Below the pieces are notes generated by a model. It was not told the origin of the DNA. It saw nothing but the letters and a program-made list of their open reading frames with translations, and did not search any database. The position numbers and the translations under genes are program-made. Source: Felixounavirus LF82P5. Taken from it: DNA of 64,000 nt. Positions 1 to 9,903 of the stretch are shown one piece after another (positions within the stretch are counted from its first letter, which is position 1; the number at the start of each line of letters is the position of its first letter). The stretch lies in sequence record OZ035800.1; one strand, written 5' to 3'.

Positions 1-1024
1 GTCTAACTTAGATGCTAGATATTTTGTTAAAACTCAGTTATTAAACCAATCCTTAATGACTGTTTCTGTAGATAACCTTGAAAACCCTTCAGGTTTTAAT
101 CTTGGATATTCAGGTTTTGTCAGAAACAATCAGGTTGCTAGTGGACTGAGAGAATTGGCAATTCATGTTGCTCACTCTAATAAGACTGCTGCACATGCAA
201 GAGGAATCTCTTTTGTGTATGGCTCAAATGGACTGGCAACATTTACCTATGCCTATGACAAAAATGGTGACTATGCCGGAGAGGCACAGCTTTACACAAC
301 TGATTTTAAACCAACCCCTTCAGATATCGGTGCATACACTAAAGCTGAAACTGACCAGAAGATTGCACAGGCAGTAAGTGACTCTACAGACCTTAATAAA
401 ATCTACCCAGTTGGTATTGTAACGTGGTTTAACAGTAATGTTGACCCTAATACGGCACTTCCTGGTCTAACTTGGACGTACCTTAACAATGGTGTTGGTA
501 GAACTATCAGGATTGCAGCAGCAAACGGTTCAGATGTTGCTACAACAGGTGGTTCAGATTCTGTGACGCTAGCTGTTGGTAACTTACCATCACACACCCA
601 TAGTTTCTCTGCTACCACTTCATCTTTTGATTATGGTACGAAGAGCACTAATAGTACTGGTGGTCATACTCACTCTGTAAGTGGTACAACAAGTGCTGCT
701 GGTAACCACGCCCACCACTTAGGTCTGCTATTGGTTAATGGTGGTGATGCTCAGTATGGTTACACAACTGTTAGCAATAACAAGACGAGAACTCTTGACT
801 GGCTTGACAGAACTGATAACAAGTTCCCTAACACTAACACAACTGGTAACCATACACACACATGGTCTGGTACTACAAGTAACACTGGTGCTCACACCCA
901 CTCTGTAGGTATTGGTGCTCACACCCATACAGTTAGTGGTAACACTGGTGGTACAGGTTCTGGTTCAGCATTTAGTGTCACTAACCAGTTCTACAAGTTA
1001 ATGGCTTGGGTGAGAACTGCTTAA
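1..1024 (+). CDS. tail fibre protein, C-terminal part (5' end lies outside the window)
   Basis: Reading frame is open from window position 2 with no upstream stop; Gly/Ser/Thr-rich with seven or more HTHS/HTHT/HAHH (HxH) repeats, resembling metal-binding tips of T-even gp37/gp12 fibres. Confidence 0.5.
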   Translation, partial: SNLDARYFVKTQLLNQSLMTVSVDNLENPSGFNLGYSGFVRNNQVASGLRELAIHVAHSNKTAAHARGISFVYGSNGLATFTYAYDKNGDYAGEAQLYTTDFKPTPSDIGAYTKAETDQKIAQAVSDSTDLNKIYPVGIVTWFNSNVDPNTALPGLTWTYLNNGVGRTIRIAAANGSDVATTGGSDSVTLAVGNLPSHTHSFSATTSSFDYGTKSTNSTGGHTHSVSGTTSAAGNHAHHLGLLLVNGGDAQYGYTTVSNNKTRTLDWLDRTDNKFPNTNTTGNHTHTWSGTTSNTGAHTHSVGIGAHTHTVSGNTGGTGSGSAFSVTNQFYKLMAWVRTA

Positions 1025-1103
1025 TCCCTTGTTGACTGATTATTAAGATGGTGTTAATATTCTTTATGGGTATTCTCACCATCTTGGCTGATGAGGTGAT
1101 TAA

Positions 1104-1298
1104 ATGCCTACAATCCTAGCAATTCTTCTAAAAAATCTAGGTAGCTTCTTCTGGAAACTCATTTTATCCCTTCTAAGTGAATACATGATTGAGAAAGTGT
1201 TCTTTAAGCTTGCAAGATACCTTGCGAGTAAAACAGACACACCTATTGATGATGAGTTCGTAGATAACTTAGAAAAAGCTTTTAAGGGGGAGAAATAA
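1104..1298 (+). CDS. small membrane protein (holin-like?)
   Basis: ATG with GAGGTGA Shine-Dalgarno upstream; 64 aa with a hydrophobic N-terminal segment. Confidence 0.45.
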   Translation: MPTILAILLKNLGSFFWKLILSLLSEYMIEKVFFKLARYLASKTDTPIDDEFVDNLEKAFKGEK

Positions 1299-1670
1299 AT
1301 GAAGTGGCTAGAGGAAGCTTTTAAAAATAATATTGGTGCAATTGTAGTTGGTATTTTTAGTGTTATTGGGATGTATACCACTATGCAAGTTTCAAGTGGT
1401 AAGCAAGAAGTGTCTGTCACAACAAAGTTACAGCAGCTAGATAATTATTCCAAAAGTAACTATTCAGCTATTCGTGATTTACAGTCTGACATGAGACTGA
1501 TTCAGCTAGGGATGGAGAACCAGAAAGTTCAGTTAGAGAATGTTAAGGGTGAAAACGCAAAACTTACCAAAACTCTTGATAAATTCTCTGACAGTGTGAA
1601 TAATCTGGCTCAATCAGTATCAGCCCTCCAAGCTATTACTGAAAAGAACACAAAGAATACTGAAAAATAA
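1299..1670 (+). CDS. membrane-anchored coiled-coil protein
   Basis: GGGGAG Shine-Dalgarno; N-terminal TM helix (IGAIVVGIFSVIGMY) then heptad-like charged region; followed by a terminator. Confidence 0.5.
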   Translation: MKWLEEAFKNNIGAIVVGIFSVIGMYTTMQVSSGKQEVSVTTKLQQLDNYSKSNYSAIRDLQSDMRLIQLGMENQKVQLENVKGENAKLTKTLDKFSDSVNNLAQSVSALQAITEKNTKNTEK

Positions 1671-1675
1671 AGTTT

Positions 1676-1708
1676 AAGGCTCCTTTTTACGGGAGCCTTT
1701 TTTGTTTT
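1676..1708 (+). terminator. rho-independent terminator
   Basis: AAGGCTCC / GGAGCCTT stem with 8-nt loop followed by TTTTTTGTTTT. Confidence 0.7.
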
Positions 1709-2606
1709 ACTTACCTACTGACAGAGGTGCTTCAATCTTCCCTGCATGTTGGTAGTTGTTAATGCCACCAATAAAATCACTTGCAGTAAGATGTTTTAAG
1801 TCACTTAAAGTGTTAAGTGGTACACCAATCTCAAAAGTAGGTGCATGGAACTCTTCGTTGTTCATCAGTTCATAAACCTGCTTCATATGATTCTGATAAA
1901 TCTGAGTATCCCCAAAGACACCTATCAAGTATCGTGGAGTGTACCCAGTCATCTTACAAAGAACTTCCAGAATAAAACCATAAGACGCAATATTAAACGG
2001 AAGTCCTAAAAAGGTGTCTACAGAACGTTGATACCATTGTAAGTCAACTTCACCTTCGTTAGTGATATAAATCTGAAACAGAACATGACAAGGTGCTAAA
2101 GCCATCGAGTTGGCTGCAATATCTGCTGCATTCCAAGCATTAACAAGCATGTAACGGTCTGTGATATCACCTTTCATCTTCGTTACTAAGGTCTCTAACT
2201 GGTCTACAACACAACCATTATGACCTTCAAAGTTTCTCCACTGAACCCCGTAGATTCTCCCACCTGCATCCTCTAACCAGTCTTGCTCAGAAGAATAGTT
2301 AGAGCTTAACCAGCGTTTAAAGTCATCTGACCAGATAGTCCAGCGTTCTCCATCATTTTCACCCCAAGTGCGATAACGGAGTTCACCAAGTTTATTCTCA
2401 CCATTCAGGAACCATAAAGCTTCCCCAATAACTTGCCGTGTAAACACCTGTTTAGATGTTAAGAGTGGGAAACCAGTACGCATATCAAAACGAAACTGTG
2501 GTGGAGCAAATGCAGAGATAACATCTCCAGTTCGTGTAGTACGCAGTTCACCAACGGATAAAACATGGTTCAGGATATTTTTGTAACTTGAATCTGCTTG
2601 TGACAT
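1707..2606 (-). CDS. thyA: thymidylate synthase
   Basis: 299 aa; sequence resembles the ThyA family throughout; adjacent to DHFR as in the T4 td-frd pair. Confidence 0.85.
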   Translation of the reverse strand: MSQADSSYKNILNHVLSVGELRTTRTGDVISAFAPPQFRFDMRTGFPLLTSKQVFTRQVIGEALWFLNGENKLGELRYRTWGENDGERWTIWSDDFKRWLSSNYSSEQDWLEDAGGRIYGVQWRNFEGHNGCVVDQLETLVTKMKGDITDRYMLVNAWNAADIAANSMALAPCHVLFQIYITNEGEVDLQWYQRSVDTFLGLPFNIASYGFILEVLCKMTGYTPRYLIGVFGDTQIYQNHMKQVYELMNNEEFHAPTFEIGVPLNTLSDLKHLTASDFIGGINNYQHAGKIEAPLSVGK

Positions 2607-2607
2607 A

Positions 2608-3153
2608 TCAAAAGTGTCCTTTTACTTGTGGAACATAAATTTCAAAAGTTGCTTTACCATCCTCTGATGGTTTTGACTGTACCTTTGTAAATACACGGTT
2701 ATCATACAGCTTCTCAAAGAAGTTTTCAAAAGGTAAATGCACAGTAGCCTCTTCAGTAACTTTATGGAAGACTGTATGGAACACCACACCAGCATACGGT
2801 AAAGCATTGACAAGGACACCTGCACCACCAATTACAAAGACATCTTCATCAATAGAGCTATCAAGATACTTCAAAAATGCTCCAAAGGATTCTTTGCTGG
2901 CCTTAGCATACATTACACCATCTTTGCCAAAATCTATACCTAAGTATGGTACAGAATTTGTTAAGATTAGGTTTGCACGTTCTGGTAGAGGTTTACTACC
3001 CAGAGTCTTAAAAGTCTCATTACCCATGACTACTAAGTTATTTTTAGTGAGTCTCTTAAACTCTTGCATGTCCTGTTTATGTCGAGGCCACGGCATACCA
3101 GTCGGTGTACCAAATTCACCGTTTTCACCACTTGCAAATATTAGTTTAATCAT
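2608..3153 (-). CDS. folA: dihydrofolate reductase
   Basis: 181 aa; DHFR-like N-terminus (MIKLIFA...GxxGxMPW) and size; next to thyA. Confidence 0.8.
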   Translation of the reverse strand: MIKLIFASGENGEFGTPTGMPWPRHKQDMQEFKRLTKNNLVVMGNETFKTLGSKPLPERANLILTNSVPYLGIDFGKDGVMYAKASKESFGAFLKYLDSSIDEDVFVIGGAGVLVNALPYAGVVFHTVFHKVTEEATVHLPFENFFEKLYDNRVFTKVQSKPSEDGKATFEIYVPQVKGHF

Positions 3154-3410
3154 TTTGTAAACCCTTTCTTAATGAACCAGTTGATGACACTCTTCACAAC
3201 TTTACTACGATGGTAGATAAAATGTGGAGATGGTTGGTATGAACCATAAGCCCAGAAAGCGATAATTTCATTACACCCTGTGCATCGGGTACTTTCTTCA
3301 GCAATATGACCGTTGACTATTTCACTTACCTCACCTTGTAAGTCTGTACACCCGCAATGTGGACAACGGATAGGTGTTCCATCAGACTCATAGCAGTGTT
3401 CAATTTTCAT
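3150..3410 (-). CDS. zinc-ribbon protein
   Basis: 86 aa with CPHCGC...CTGC cysteine pairs; ATGA overlap with folA start. Confidence 0.45.
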   Translation of the reverse strand: MKIEHCYESDGTPIRCPHCGCTDLQGEVSEIVNGHIAEESTRCTGCNEIIAFWAYGSYQPSPHFIYHRSKVVKSVINWFIKKGFTK

Positions 3411-3926
3411 CTATTTAACCTCAAAAACTGGTTCAAGAACCAATATAAAGTCTACACAGTCATCTTCTTCATCCAGAATACCATCAAAGTTCTTAGGTAC
3501 AAAGTCGAAGAGGCTCATAGAATATCGGTCAGAAGTAACCCTGATAGTGTTCCCTATATTCTCTACAGTTAATATTGTACGGCTTTCTGTTACCTCACTT
3601 AGAAGATTACTCACAAAGTCATCTAAGAAGTGTTTCATCAGTGACTTGAAGCCTTTAGGGTAATCTGTACCAGAGTATGTTTCAATCTGAGGAACAAGCT
3701 TAACATTTATACTAGTCTTTGTTAAGAACGTTTTAGAGAACATGCTATCAGGTAGCTTACAAACAGTCTTTCCAGTACCTTCATGTTCAATCTCAACAAA
3801 ACCAGCTTCGTCGCCACATGTAACTATTTTAAAAGATGCTTCATTCTCATACTGTGAAGCCATAAACTTTTTAAGCATTTCTTTAAGGAAATCTGCATGA
3901 GCATCTTGTAAGTAGATATCAATCAT
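3411..3926 (-). CDS. hypothetical protein
   Basis: 171-aa ORF tightly packed in the minus-strand operon. Confidence 0.45.
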   Translation of the reverse strand: MIDIYLQDAHADFLKEMLKKFMASQYENEASFKIVTCGDEAGFVEIEHEGTGKTVCKLPDSMFSKTFLTKTSINVKLVPQIETYSGTDYPKGFKSLMKHFLDDFVSNLLSEVTESRTILTVENIGNTIRVTSDRYSMSLFDFVPKNFDGILDEEDDCVDFILVLEPVFEVK

Positions 3927-3939
3927 AGTTAATCACCTA

Positions 3940-4299
3940 TTATGGGAACAAGCACTTAATGTCATCGTTTTTGAAAACAAAACTTGTGTAGTTGTGGCCA
4001 TCAACATCCAACCAAACAGCCTGAACATCCACACCATCAAGATTGTGGTAAAGTTCTTTGATGAAGTGGTCTTTCACAATCTGGCTGCTAGTTGTTTCCA
4101 GCTTAATGTTCGAGATTGCTGAACCTACAGCCATATAGCCCATGACCCGTTTCTTCTCAGTATGCTTAATCTTACCATCTTTGTAAGCCATAATGAGATT
4201 GGAAAGAATTTTTACACCATAATACTTTTCAAGGTGAGTAGGTACACCATAAAAGCCTAATGCGAAGTTTTCAGAGTGGATAATGTTTTCACGTTTCAT
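3940..4299 (-). CDS. hypothetical protein
   Basis: 119-aa ORF, same orientation and packing as neighbours. Confidence 0.45.
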   Translation of the reverse strand: MKRENIIHSENFALGFYGVPTHLEKYYGVKILSNLIMAYKDGKIKHTEKKRVMGYMAVGSAISNIKLETTSSQIVKDHFIKELYHNLDGVDVQAVWLDVDGHNYTSFVFKNDDIKCLFP

Positions 4300-4300
4300 A

Positions 4301-4600
4301 TTAATCTGCCAACCTTAAATTGAAATTAACACCAAATTTTTCACATACTTCCAACATATACTCAAGGGAGACGTTACCAGTGAGATGGATTATGTTGGAT
4401 ACACGAGCCTGAGAGATACCACAAATTTTAGCAACTTGCTCTTGAGAAAGTCCTCTGGATTTAATCTCTCTCTTAAAACGATGTGCAACGAAGTCTCTCA
4501 TTTCGTCTACATCCATTGGACAAATATAACTCTCCATTTCAGCCTCTCTGTCAGCCTCCCAATCATCTTGTGGAGCATAAGGGTCAAAAACCTCATTCAT
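4301..4600 (-). CDS. helix-turn-helix DNA-binding protein (XRE-like)
   Basis: HTH signature LSQEQVAKICGISQARVSNI; start moved to internal ATG with GGAAG Shine-Dalgarno (track start 4630 is TTG). Confidence 0.5.
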   Translation of the reverse strand: MNEVFDPYAPQDDWEADREAEMESYICPMDVDEMRDFVAHRFKREIKSRGLSQEQVAKICGISQARVSNIIHLTGNVSLEYMLEVCEKFGVNFNLRLAD

Positions 4601-4805
4601 CTTTCTTCTTCCGTTTGCGTGAAGTGTCAATCAATGAATCTATGTTTGTAGCCCTAACCTTTTCACGTTCATCATTGAGATAATCATCAAGAGCCTTCTC
4701 AATCTGTGAATCATCTTGACAGATGACTGTAAAGACTGTAAAGCCATCTGTATCATCAATTATATTACCATAACCGCTTCTGGGATGTAACTTTTTAAGA
4801 GCCAT
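4593..4805 (-). CDS. hypothetical protein
   Basis: 70-aa ORF with ATG start and basic C-terminus. Confidence 0.4.
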   Translation of the reverse strand: MALKKLHPRSGYGNIIDDTDGFTVFTVICQDDSQIEKALDDYLNDEREKVRATNIDSLIDTSRKRKKKDE

Positions 4806-4806
4806 A

Positions 4807-5190
4807 TTAGATACCTGTACAGCTTCTGTTTTCTAAGAAATACTCAACACCATACATAGCTTTTTGCATCAAATCTTCTTTAAACTGAATACGATGATTG
4901 AGCATAGTTTGTACATCAATATCGTCATGGTGTTTCTCTTTAATATTTGCAGATTGTAGGAAATACTCTGCAAGAACACGATACTGATAGTCAGTTACCT
5001 TATCAGTCATCTCTGTCAAAGACTCTTCAGAGATTGGTTTAAGTAGCTCACCATTAGCCAGAGCAACACCTTTTACAATCTGGCAAGTGTCTTCTGGAAC
5101 ACCTGATAAGTCTACATTTGGAAGTTCTGTTGCATTGACTGGTAAATTCATTGCCATAACCATTGCAGCGGCTAATAAAATCTTTTTCAT
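4807..5190 (-). CDS. secreted protein of unknown function
   Basis: N-terminal signal peptide MKKILLAAAMVMAMNLPVNA; GAGGT Shine-Dalgarno. Confidence 0.55.
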   Translation of the reverse strand: MKKILLAAAMVMAMNLPVNATELPNVDLSGVPEDTCQIVKGVALANGELLKPISEESLTEMTDKVTDYQYRVLAEYFLQSANIKEKHHDDIDVQTMLNHRIQFKEDLMQKAMYGVEYFLENRSCTGI

Positions 5191-5389
5191 AATGACCTCA
5201 AAGTTATATTAAATTTTGTATTACATTGAGTATAAAAATAAGCTATAACACCTGACTTGTCAACAGATTTTATAGCTTATTTGGCAGATTTTTTATAAGG
5301 CTACTGCCATCCTTCCATACTTTACCGAACATCACCCTACTGAACCCGACCCTACCTCACCCGACCCAACCGAACCGTACCGAGCACAG

Positions 5390-5468
5390 CCTTATTAAAA
5401 GACCCTCTTTAAAGACCTTTTAAAAAGGTAAGTCTCATTTTAATGTAGCTGAGACTAACTACCCATAC
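5390..5468. repeat. repeated intergenic element, copy A
   Basis: About 79 bp: CCTTATTAAAAGACCCTCTTTAAAGACCTTTTAAAAAGG plus hairpin AGTCTCA-12 nt-TGAGACT; near-identical copy at 6788-6866. Confidence 0.6.
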
Positions 5469-5527
5469 CTCACCTTACCACGCCGAACAGCACCGGACTA
5501 TACCAGACCATGCCGAACATTGCCGAG

Positions 5528-5566
5528 CCTTATTAAAAGACCCTCTTTAAAGACCTTTTAAAAAGG
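5528..5566. repeat. repeated intergenic element, partial copy B
   Basis: 39-bp quasi-palindromic core identical to the start of copy A. Confidence 0.55.
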
Positions 5567-5585
5567 AGCCTCCGAAGAGGCTACC
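5555..5585 (-). terminator. rho-independent terminator (minus strand)
   Basis: On the minus strand AGCCTC-UUCG-GAGGCT hairpin followed by a U5 run, immediately downstream of the 5594..6034 stop. Confidence 0.55.
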
Positions 5586-5593
5586 TAGTCAAC

Positions 5594-6034
5594 TTAGAAA
5601 GGTTTTCTACGTTGCTTGTTAATGTTAGCTTTCATAGCAGCTAAATGGTTTTGCTGTTCAATTAGTCGTGAACGTTCTTGATGGCTAAGTACCATAGTGT
5701 TCACATTCTCAATCGCTTGAGTGGCTTGCTTTAAAGCACGACCAATCTTACCAGACATTTTACGTTTTGCAATAGTTGCTTGATGCTTAGGTTCAACCAC
5801 ACGATAACCAACACCCATTGAAGCAACCAGATAAATCTTCTCTTCTTTAAGAAGCTTCTCAATAAACTTCTCAAGTCGATTTAAGCGTGTAAGCGCATAA
5901 GCCTTCATTTCATCTTCGTACTTAACAATGTCACCTTGATAAGTTGGCTTCACAATACCTAAGAAGGTGTCCATCTCAGAATGTGATACAGTGTCACCGT
6001 AACTAAACTTTGCTGCTAATGCTTTTGTATTCAT
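5594..6034 (-). CDS. hypothetical protein
   Basis: 146-aa ORF with ATG start; flanked by repeat elements. Confidence 0.5.
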   Translation of the reverse strand: MNTKALAAKFSYGDTVSHSEMDTFLGIVKPTYQGDIVKYEDEMKAYALTRLNRLEKFIEKLLKEEKIYLVASMGVGYRVVEPKHQATIAKRKMSGKIGRALKQATQAIENVNTMVLSHQERSRLIEQQNHLAAMKANINKQRRKPF

Positions 6035-6036
6035 AA

Positions 6037-6642
<606 letters not shown>

Positions 6643-6787
6643 TTAGTTGATTGTTAAGTTGTTTGTAAAGAACCCTCAACAGAAGACTCTTTAGAAACTT
6701 GGTAGATTTTTAACGTGCATACTACCATCCACCCATACCGTGCCACACCACACCGGACCGTACCATTCCCAACCCTACTACACCAGA

Positions 6788-6866
6788 CCTTATTAAAAGA
6801 CCCTCTCCAAAGACCTTTTAAAAAGGTAAGTCTCATTTTAATGTAGCTGAGACTAACTACCCATAC
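6788..6866. repeat. repeated intergenic element, copy C
   Basis: Near-identical to 5390-5468 (one CC/TT difference); flanked by CA-rich tracts. Confidence 0.6.
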
Positions 6867-6994
6867 ATTACCGCACCATATTATACCCTACCCCACCATA
6901 CTTCACTGCACCGAGCCACGCATTACATCACTTAAAAACCCTTTTCAAAGACTCTTAAGTGATGCTGGTGAGTACCCGTTGGTTTATGATGCTC

Positions 6995-7022
6995 AGTATA
7001 CTCACCAAATTTCCTATGTCAA
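6995..7022 (-). promoter_or_regulatory. sigma70-like promoter (minus strand)
   Basis: Minus-strand TTGACA-16 nt-TATACT upstream of the 6037..6624 gene. Confidence 0.4.
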
Positions 7023-7178
7023 CAACTTTTATAAAAAAGTTCTGATAGCTATATGCGTCACGAAACAAAAGATTGTAAACAAGACACCCATTGCAAAAGA
7101 TGTGTCCAAAAGCTTACTTGCAACGTATGACAATACAAAGACAACCAGTATAAATAGAATGACTGTACTGAACATAGT

Positions 7179-8282
7179 TTACTCATAATCCCTAATAACT
7201 AGCCCTACAGGAAACTGTAAAGAACCTTTACGAGTCATCTTCTGGAACTGAACAGTTAAAGGTTTCCCGATAAACTCTTCAGGATGTTCAGCAAGATACT
7301 GTTTCTTCTCGTGTGTAGTTTTCCATGAAACATCTACAAAGACGTTAGGAAGAGTCTCTACAACGAACTTACCATGACCACGCTTATCGGTCTTTACACC
7401 AGTCACTTTAAACTCTTCAGTGTGCATCTTCTTGTGCTTAATCAAGAAGTATGAACGGTGACAACACTCATAGAAGGAGTCTTCAGAGATTGAACGGTAC
7501 ATTGCACCTTCAAACTTAGCTTCAACCCACTTATCATGAGCTTCATCAAACTCTTCCCAAGAATTTACACGACGAGATTTAACAGGAACAACTTTACAGC
7601 CGTCTCTAAAGTCATTCAATGGTGAAGTCTCAATAATATCTCTACGCTCAGGCCACGTTTTAGTACTGTCACAGATATCATACCAGTAGAACTTAAGTAA
7701 GTGTCTGTCAGGATTGTCTTCATTTTTAATCATAGAGACAATATCTTCTAAGTCCCACCCATGAGCATAAATCTCACCATCAAATTCATCAACATCTTTA
7801 TGGAGCCTCAACATTGCCATAATGTCAGGTATTAGCTCAGTAGGAATTTTATAAATAGTGTTCTCACGAGAATATGCTGTAAATACACTGCCAATGCTTA
7901 AGTGTCTTGAAATTCTACAACGTACACCATCAAGCTTCGGTTGGGCATCAGCAGGGAATTTCAAATACTTTGCATGGCTAACCTTTGCAGTATCATGAGC
8001 AAGCTGTACACCTACCTTCTCAGTATTCTGTGCAGACTCTTTTGTGTAAGCATAACCTTTGCGGTCAACTTGCTTTTTATACTTAGCAGCAACTTCAAAG
8101 AGGGCTTGCTGTTCAGCATTACGCTCATTCTTTTTACCGATGTTTTTAGGTTCTGCTGTATACTCTTCAAACATCATCTTGCCATTTTCTTTACCGTAGG
8201 TTGTAATAACTTTGTCACCTACAGCAACACATGACCAGACGTTAAAAGAGCCGTCTTTATTTTGTTTGTACAGAATTGTCAT
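7179..8282 (-). CDS. ATP-dependent DNA ligase
   Basis: 367 aa; adenylation motif I KLDGVRC; size like T7-type ligases. Confidence 0.75.
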   Translation of the reverse strand: MTILYKQNKDGSFNVWSCVAVGDKVITTYGKENGKMMFEEYTAEPKNIGKKNERNAEQQALFEVAAKYKKQVDRKGYAYTKESAQNTEKVGVQLAHDTAKVSHAKYLKFPADAQPKLDGVRCRISRHLSIGSVFTAYSRENTIYKIPTELIPDIMAMLRLHKDVDEFDGEIYAHGWDLEDIVSMIKNEDNPDRHLLKFYWYDICDSTKTWPERRDIIETSPLNDFRDGCKVVPVKSRRVNSWEEFDEAHDKWVEAKFEGAMYRSISEDSFYECCHRSYFLIKHKKMHTEEFKVTGVKTDKRGHGKFVVETLPNVFVDVSWKTTHEKKQYLAEHPEEFIGKPLTVQFQKMTRKGSLQFPVGLVIRDYE

Positions 8283-8485
8283 TTTCTCTTACCACCAATC
8301 TCTACGTCGATAACTTGAACATCGCCAGCAACATCAAACTTATGTATGATGCTTTCCACAGTATAAGTCCAACCATCAATGCGAACCATCTCACCTTCTC
8401 GTGGAACTATTGGATTACGTTGAGCTACAGTTGTAGTGGAGTGAACAACATCATAACGATAGATATAGTTTACTAGGACTTCCAT
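8279..8485 (-). CDS. hypothetical protein
   Basis: Start moved to internal ATG with GAGG Shine-Dalgarno; stop abuts the ligase start. Confidence 0.4.
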   Translation of the reverse strand: MEVLVNYIYRYDVVHSTTTVAQRNPIVPREGEMVRIDGWTYTVESIIHKFDVAGDVQVIDVEIGGKRK

Positions 8486-8495
8486 CGTGAAAACC

Positions 8496-8756
8496 TCACT
8501 CAATAACCGTAGTATGTGATTGTCCATTTTTGCCATAGCTGTAAGATGTTGTTGTTTGAGAGTTTGGACATCTGACAACAACAATATCTCTGCTTATAGC
8601 ATCACCATGTAACTTGTATACTCTGCAATCTTGCATCTCTGGTGGGAGGCTATAAGAAGCATTTTTATCTTCATAAGAAGGGTTGCAGCCAGATAGAAAA
8701 ATAACACCAAGCGCAATTACCACTTTCCACATAACACTACTCCTATTACTGTTCAC
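8496..8756 (-). CDS. putative lipoprotein
   Basis: Signal sequence with lipobox VIFLSGC. Confidence 0.45.
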   Translation of the reverse strand: MNSNRSSVMWKVVIALGVIFLSGCNPSYEDKNASYSLPPEMQDCRVYKLHGDAISRDIVVVRCPNSQTTTSYSYGKNGQSHTTVIE

Positions 8757-8901
8757 GATGTTCTACTTCTCTGTACGTTCGTCGATAGTATATAATAAGC
8801 TGTGCTAACTCGTTGCTTTTAACATCTGAACGTAGCAGTTGCCAATCAAAACCTTTACCGACTCTTCCATATAAACTAAACAGTTTTACTTTGCGTTTCA
8901 T
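8746..8901 (-). CDS. hypothetical small protein
   Basis: Track ORF trimmed to an internal Met to avoid overlap with the upstream gene. Confidence 0.3.
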   Translation of the reverse strand: MKRKVKLFSLYGRVGKGFDWQLLRSDVKSNELAQLIIYYRRTYREVEHREQ

Positions 8902-8917
8902 TTTGGTATACCAATAC

Positions 8918-9145
8918 TCAGAAGTCAATATTAATACGTTCGCCCTTAAGGACTCCAGTACGGTCTCTTGCAATCTTGCCGTCAACAATAAGGATATGTG
9001 CAGCCCTTAAAGAGTCACTATTAAAAGCTTTTACGAACTTACTAGGCATCACTACAATGGGCATCTCCTGAATCAACTCTGGAGTATAGCAATTGTCGTG
9101 AAGTTGCTGAATAACGTCTGCAAGTGTCATTTTTGATGTCTCCAA
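8918..9145 (-). CDS. hypothetical protein
   Basis: 75-aa ORF in operon context. Confidence 0.4.
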   Translation of the reverse strand: METSKMTLADVIQQLHDNCYTPELIQEMPIVVMPSKFVKAFNSDSLRAAHILIVDGKIARDRTGVLKGERINIDF

Positions 9146-9336
9146 TACTCAATGTCAATAAGTTCTTGTGCAATGCTTTTAAGGTTACCTTTCAAGAAAA
9201 CCTTCTCAGAACCTGAAAGAGATGAATTGTCAATTAACCTGTTCATTCTCTCAAACAACTTCTGCTTACGATTTTTGATAGTCTCCTTTGAAGCACCTTT
9301 CATCATTGCTGCATGGGTTCTTCCACGATGGCTCAT
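9127..9336 (-). CDS. hypothetical protein
   Basis: 69-aa basic ORF. Confidence 0.4.
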   Translation of the reverse strand: MSHRGRTHAAMMKGASKETIKNRKQKLFERMNRLIDNSSLSGSEKVFLKGNLKSIAQELIDIEYWRHQK

Positions 9337-9387
9337 AATCCCTCCTATACAAGATGTAGTATAAGGTACTCTTCCCTGAGCACCTTG

Positions 9388-9903
9388 TCAACTTAGTTTT
9401 GCAAACTCTCCGTGGAGTTTAATAGCAGCTTCACAGTAAGCTTTATGGGCTTCTTCTTCTGTTGTGTATGTTCCTATATGTATGGTCTTGCCATTATGGT
9501 TAATCTGGGCTATCCACTTACCAGACTTGCTTCTACTTGTGCCTTTTAAGTTTTTTGATGTTCTAGGTTGTCTCCTATTAGACATGTTCTGCTCTTTTGT
9601 GGCCTCTCTTAGATTGTCCCAAGCGTTATTCAAACCATCTCCATCTTTGTGGTCAATGTGTTTATCAGGCCACTTACCTGTCATCCAGAACCAAGCAATT
9701 CGGTGATTGCCTGTCCTGTATCCTAAAATCTGTGTGTGCATATACACACCAGACCTTGTGCGCTTAATTGCTCCGGCTTGGCTTCCAATAACCACCCTAC
9801 TACTATGTGGAGGTCTGCCAATCCATGTTAAGACCCCTGTTTCGGGGTCATAATCTAACCAAGACTTTAACTGTTCATGTGTGAATCCACAATCTCTCAT
9901 CAA
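9388..9903 (-). CDS. HNH homing endonuclease with AP2 DNA-binding domain
   Basis: HNH motif HIDHKDGDGLNNAWDNLREATKEQN; C-terminal AP2-like GKWIAQINHNGKTIHIGTYTTEEEA; 4-nt overlap with the polymerase gene. Confidence 0.8.
   Translation of the reverse strand: MMRDCGFTHEQLKSWLDYDPETGVLTWIGRPPHSSRVVIGSQAGAIKRTRSGVYMHTQILGYRTGNHRIAWFWMTGKWPDKHIDHKDGDGLNNAWDNLREATKEQNMSNRRQPRTSKNLKGTSRSKSGKWIAQINHNGKTIHIGTYTTEEEAHKAYCEAAIKLHGEFAKLS

Noticed and set aside
1676-1708. Bidirectional terminator also serving the minus-strand thyA gene
   Set aside because: On the minus strand the hairpin is followed by an A-rich, not U-rich, tract, so it is annotated only as a plus-strand terminator
6654-7188. ORFs 6654..6836 (-) and 6979..7188 (+) in the ligase-downstream intergenic region
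   Set aside because: They overlap the repeated intergenic element and a predicted minus-strand promoter, and have no RBS
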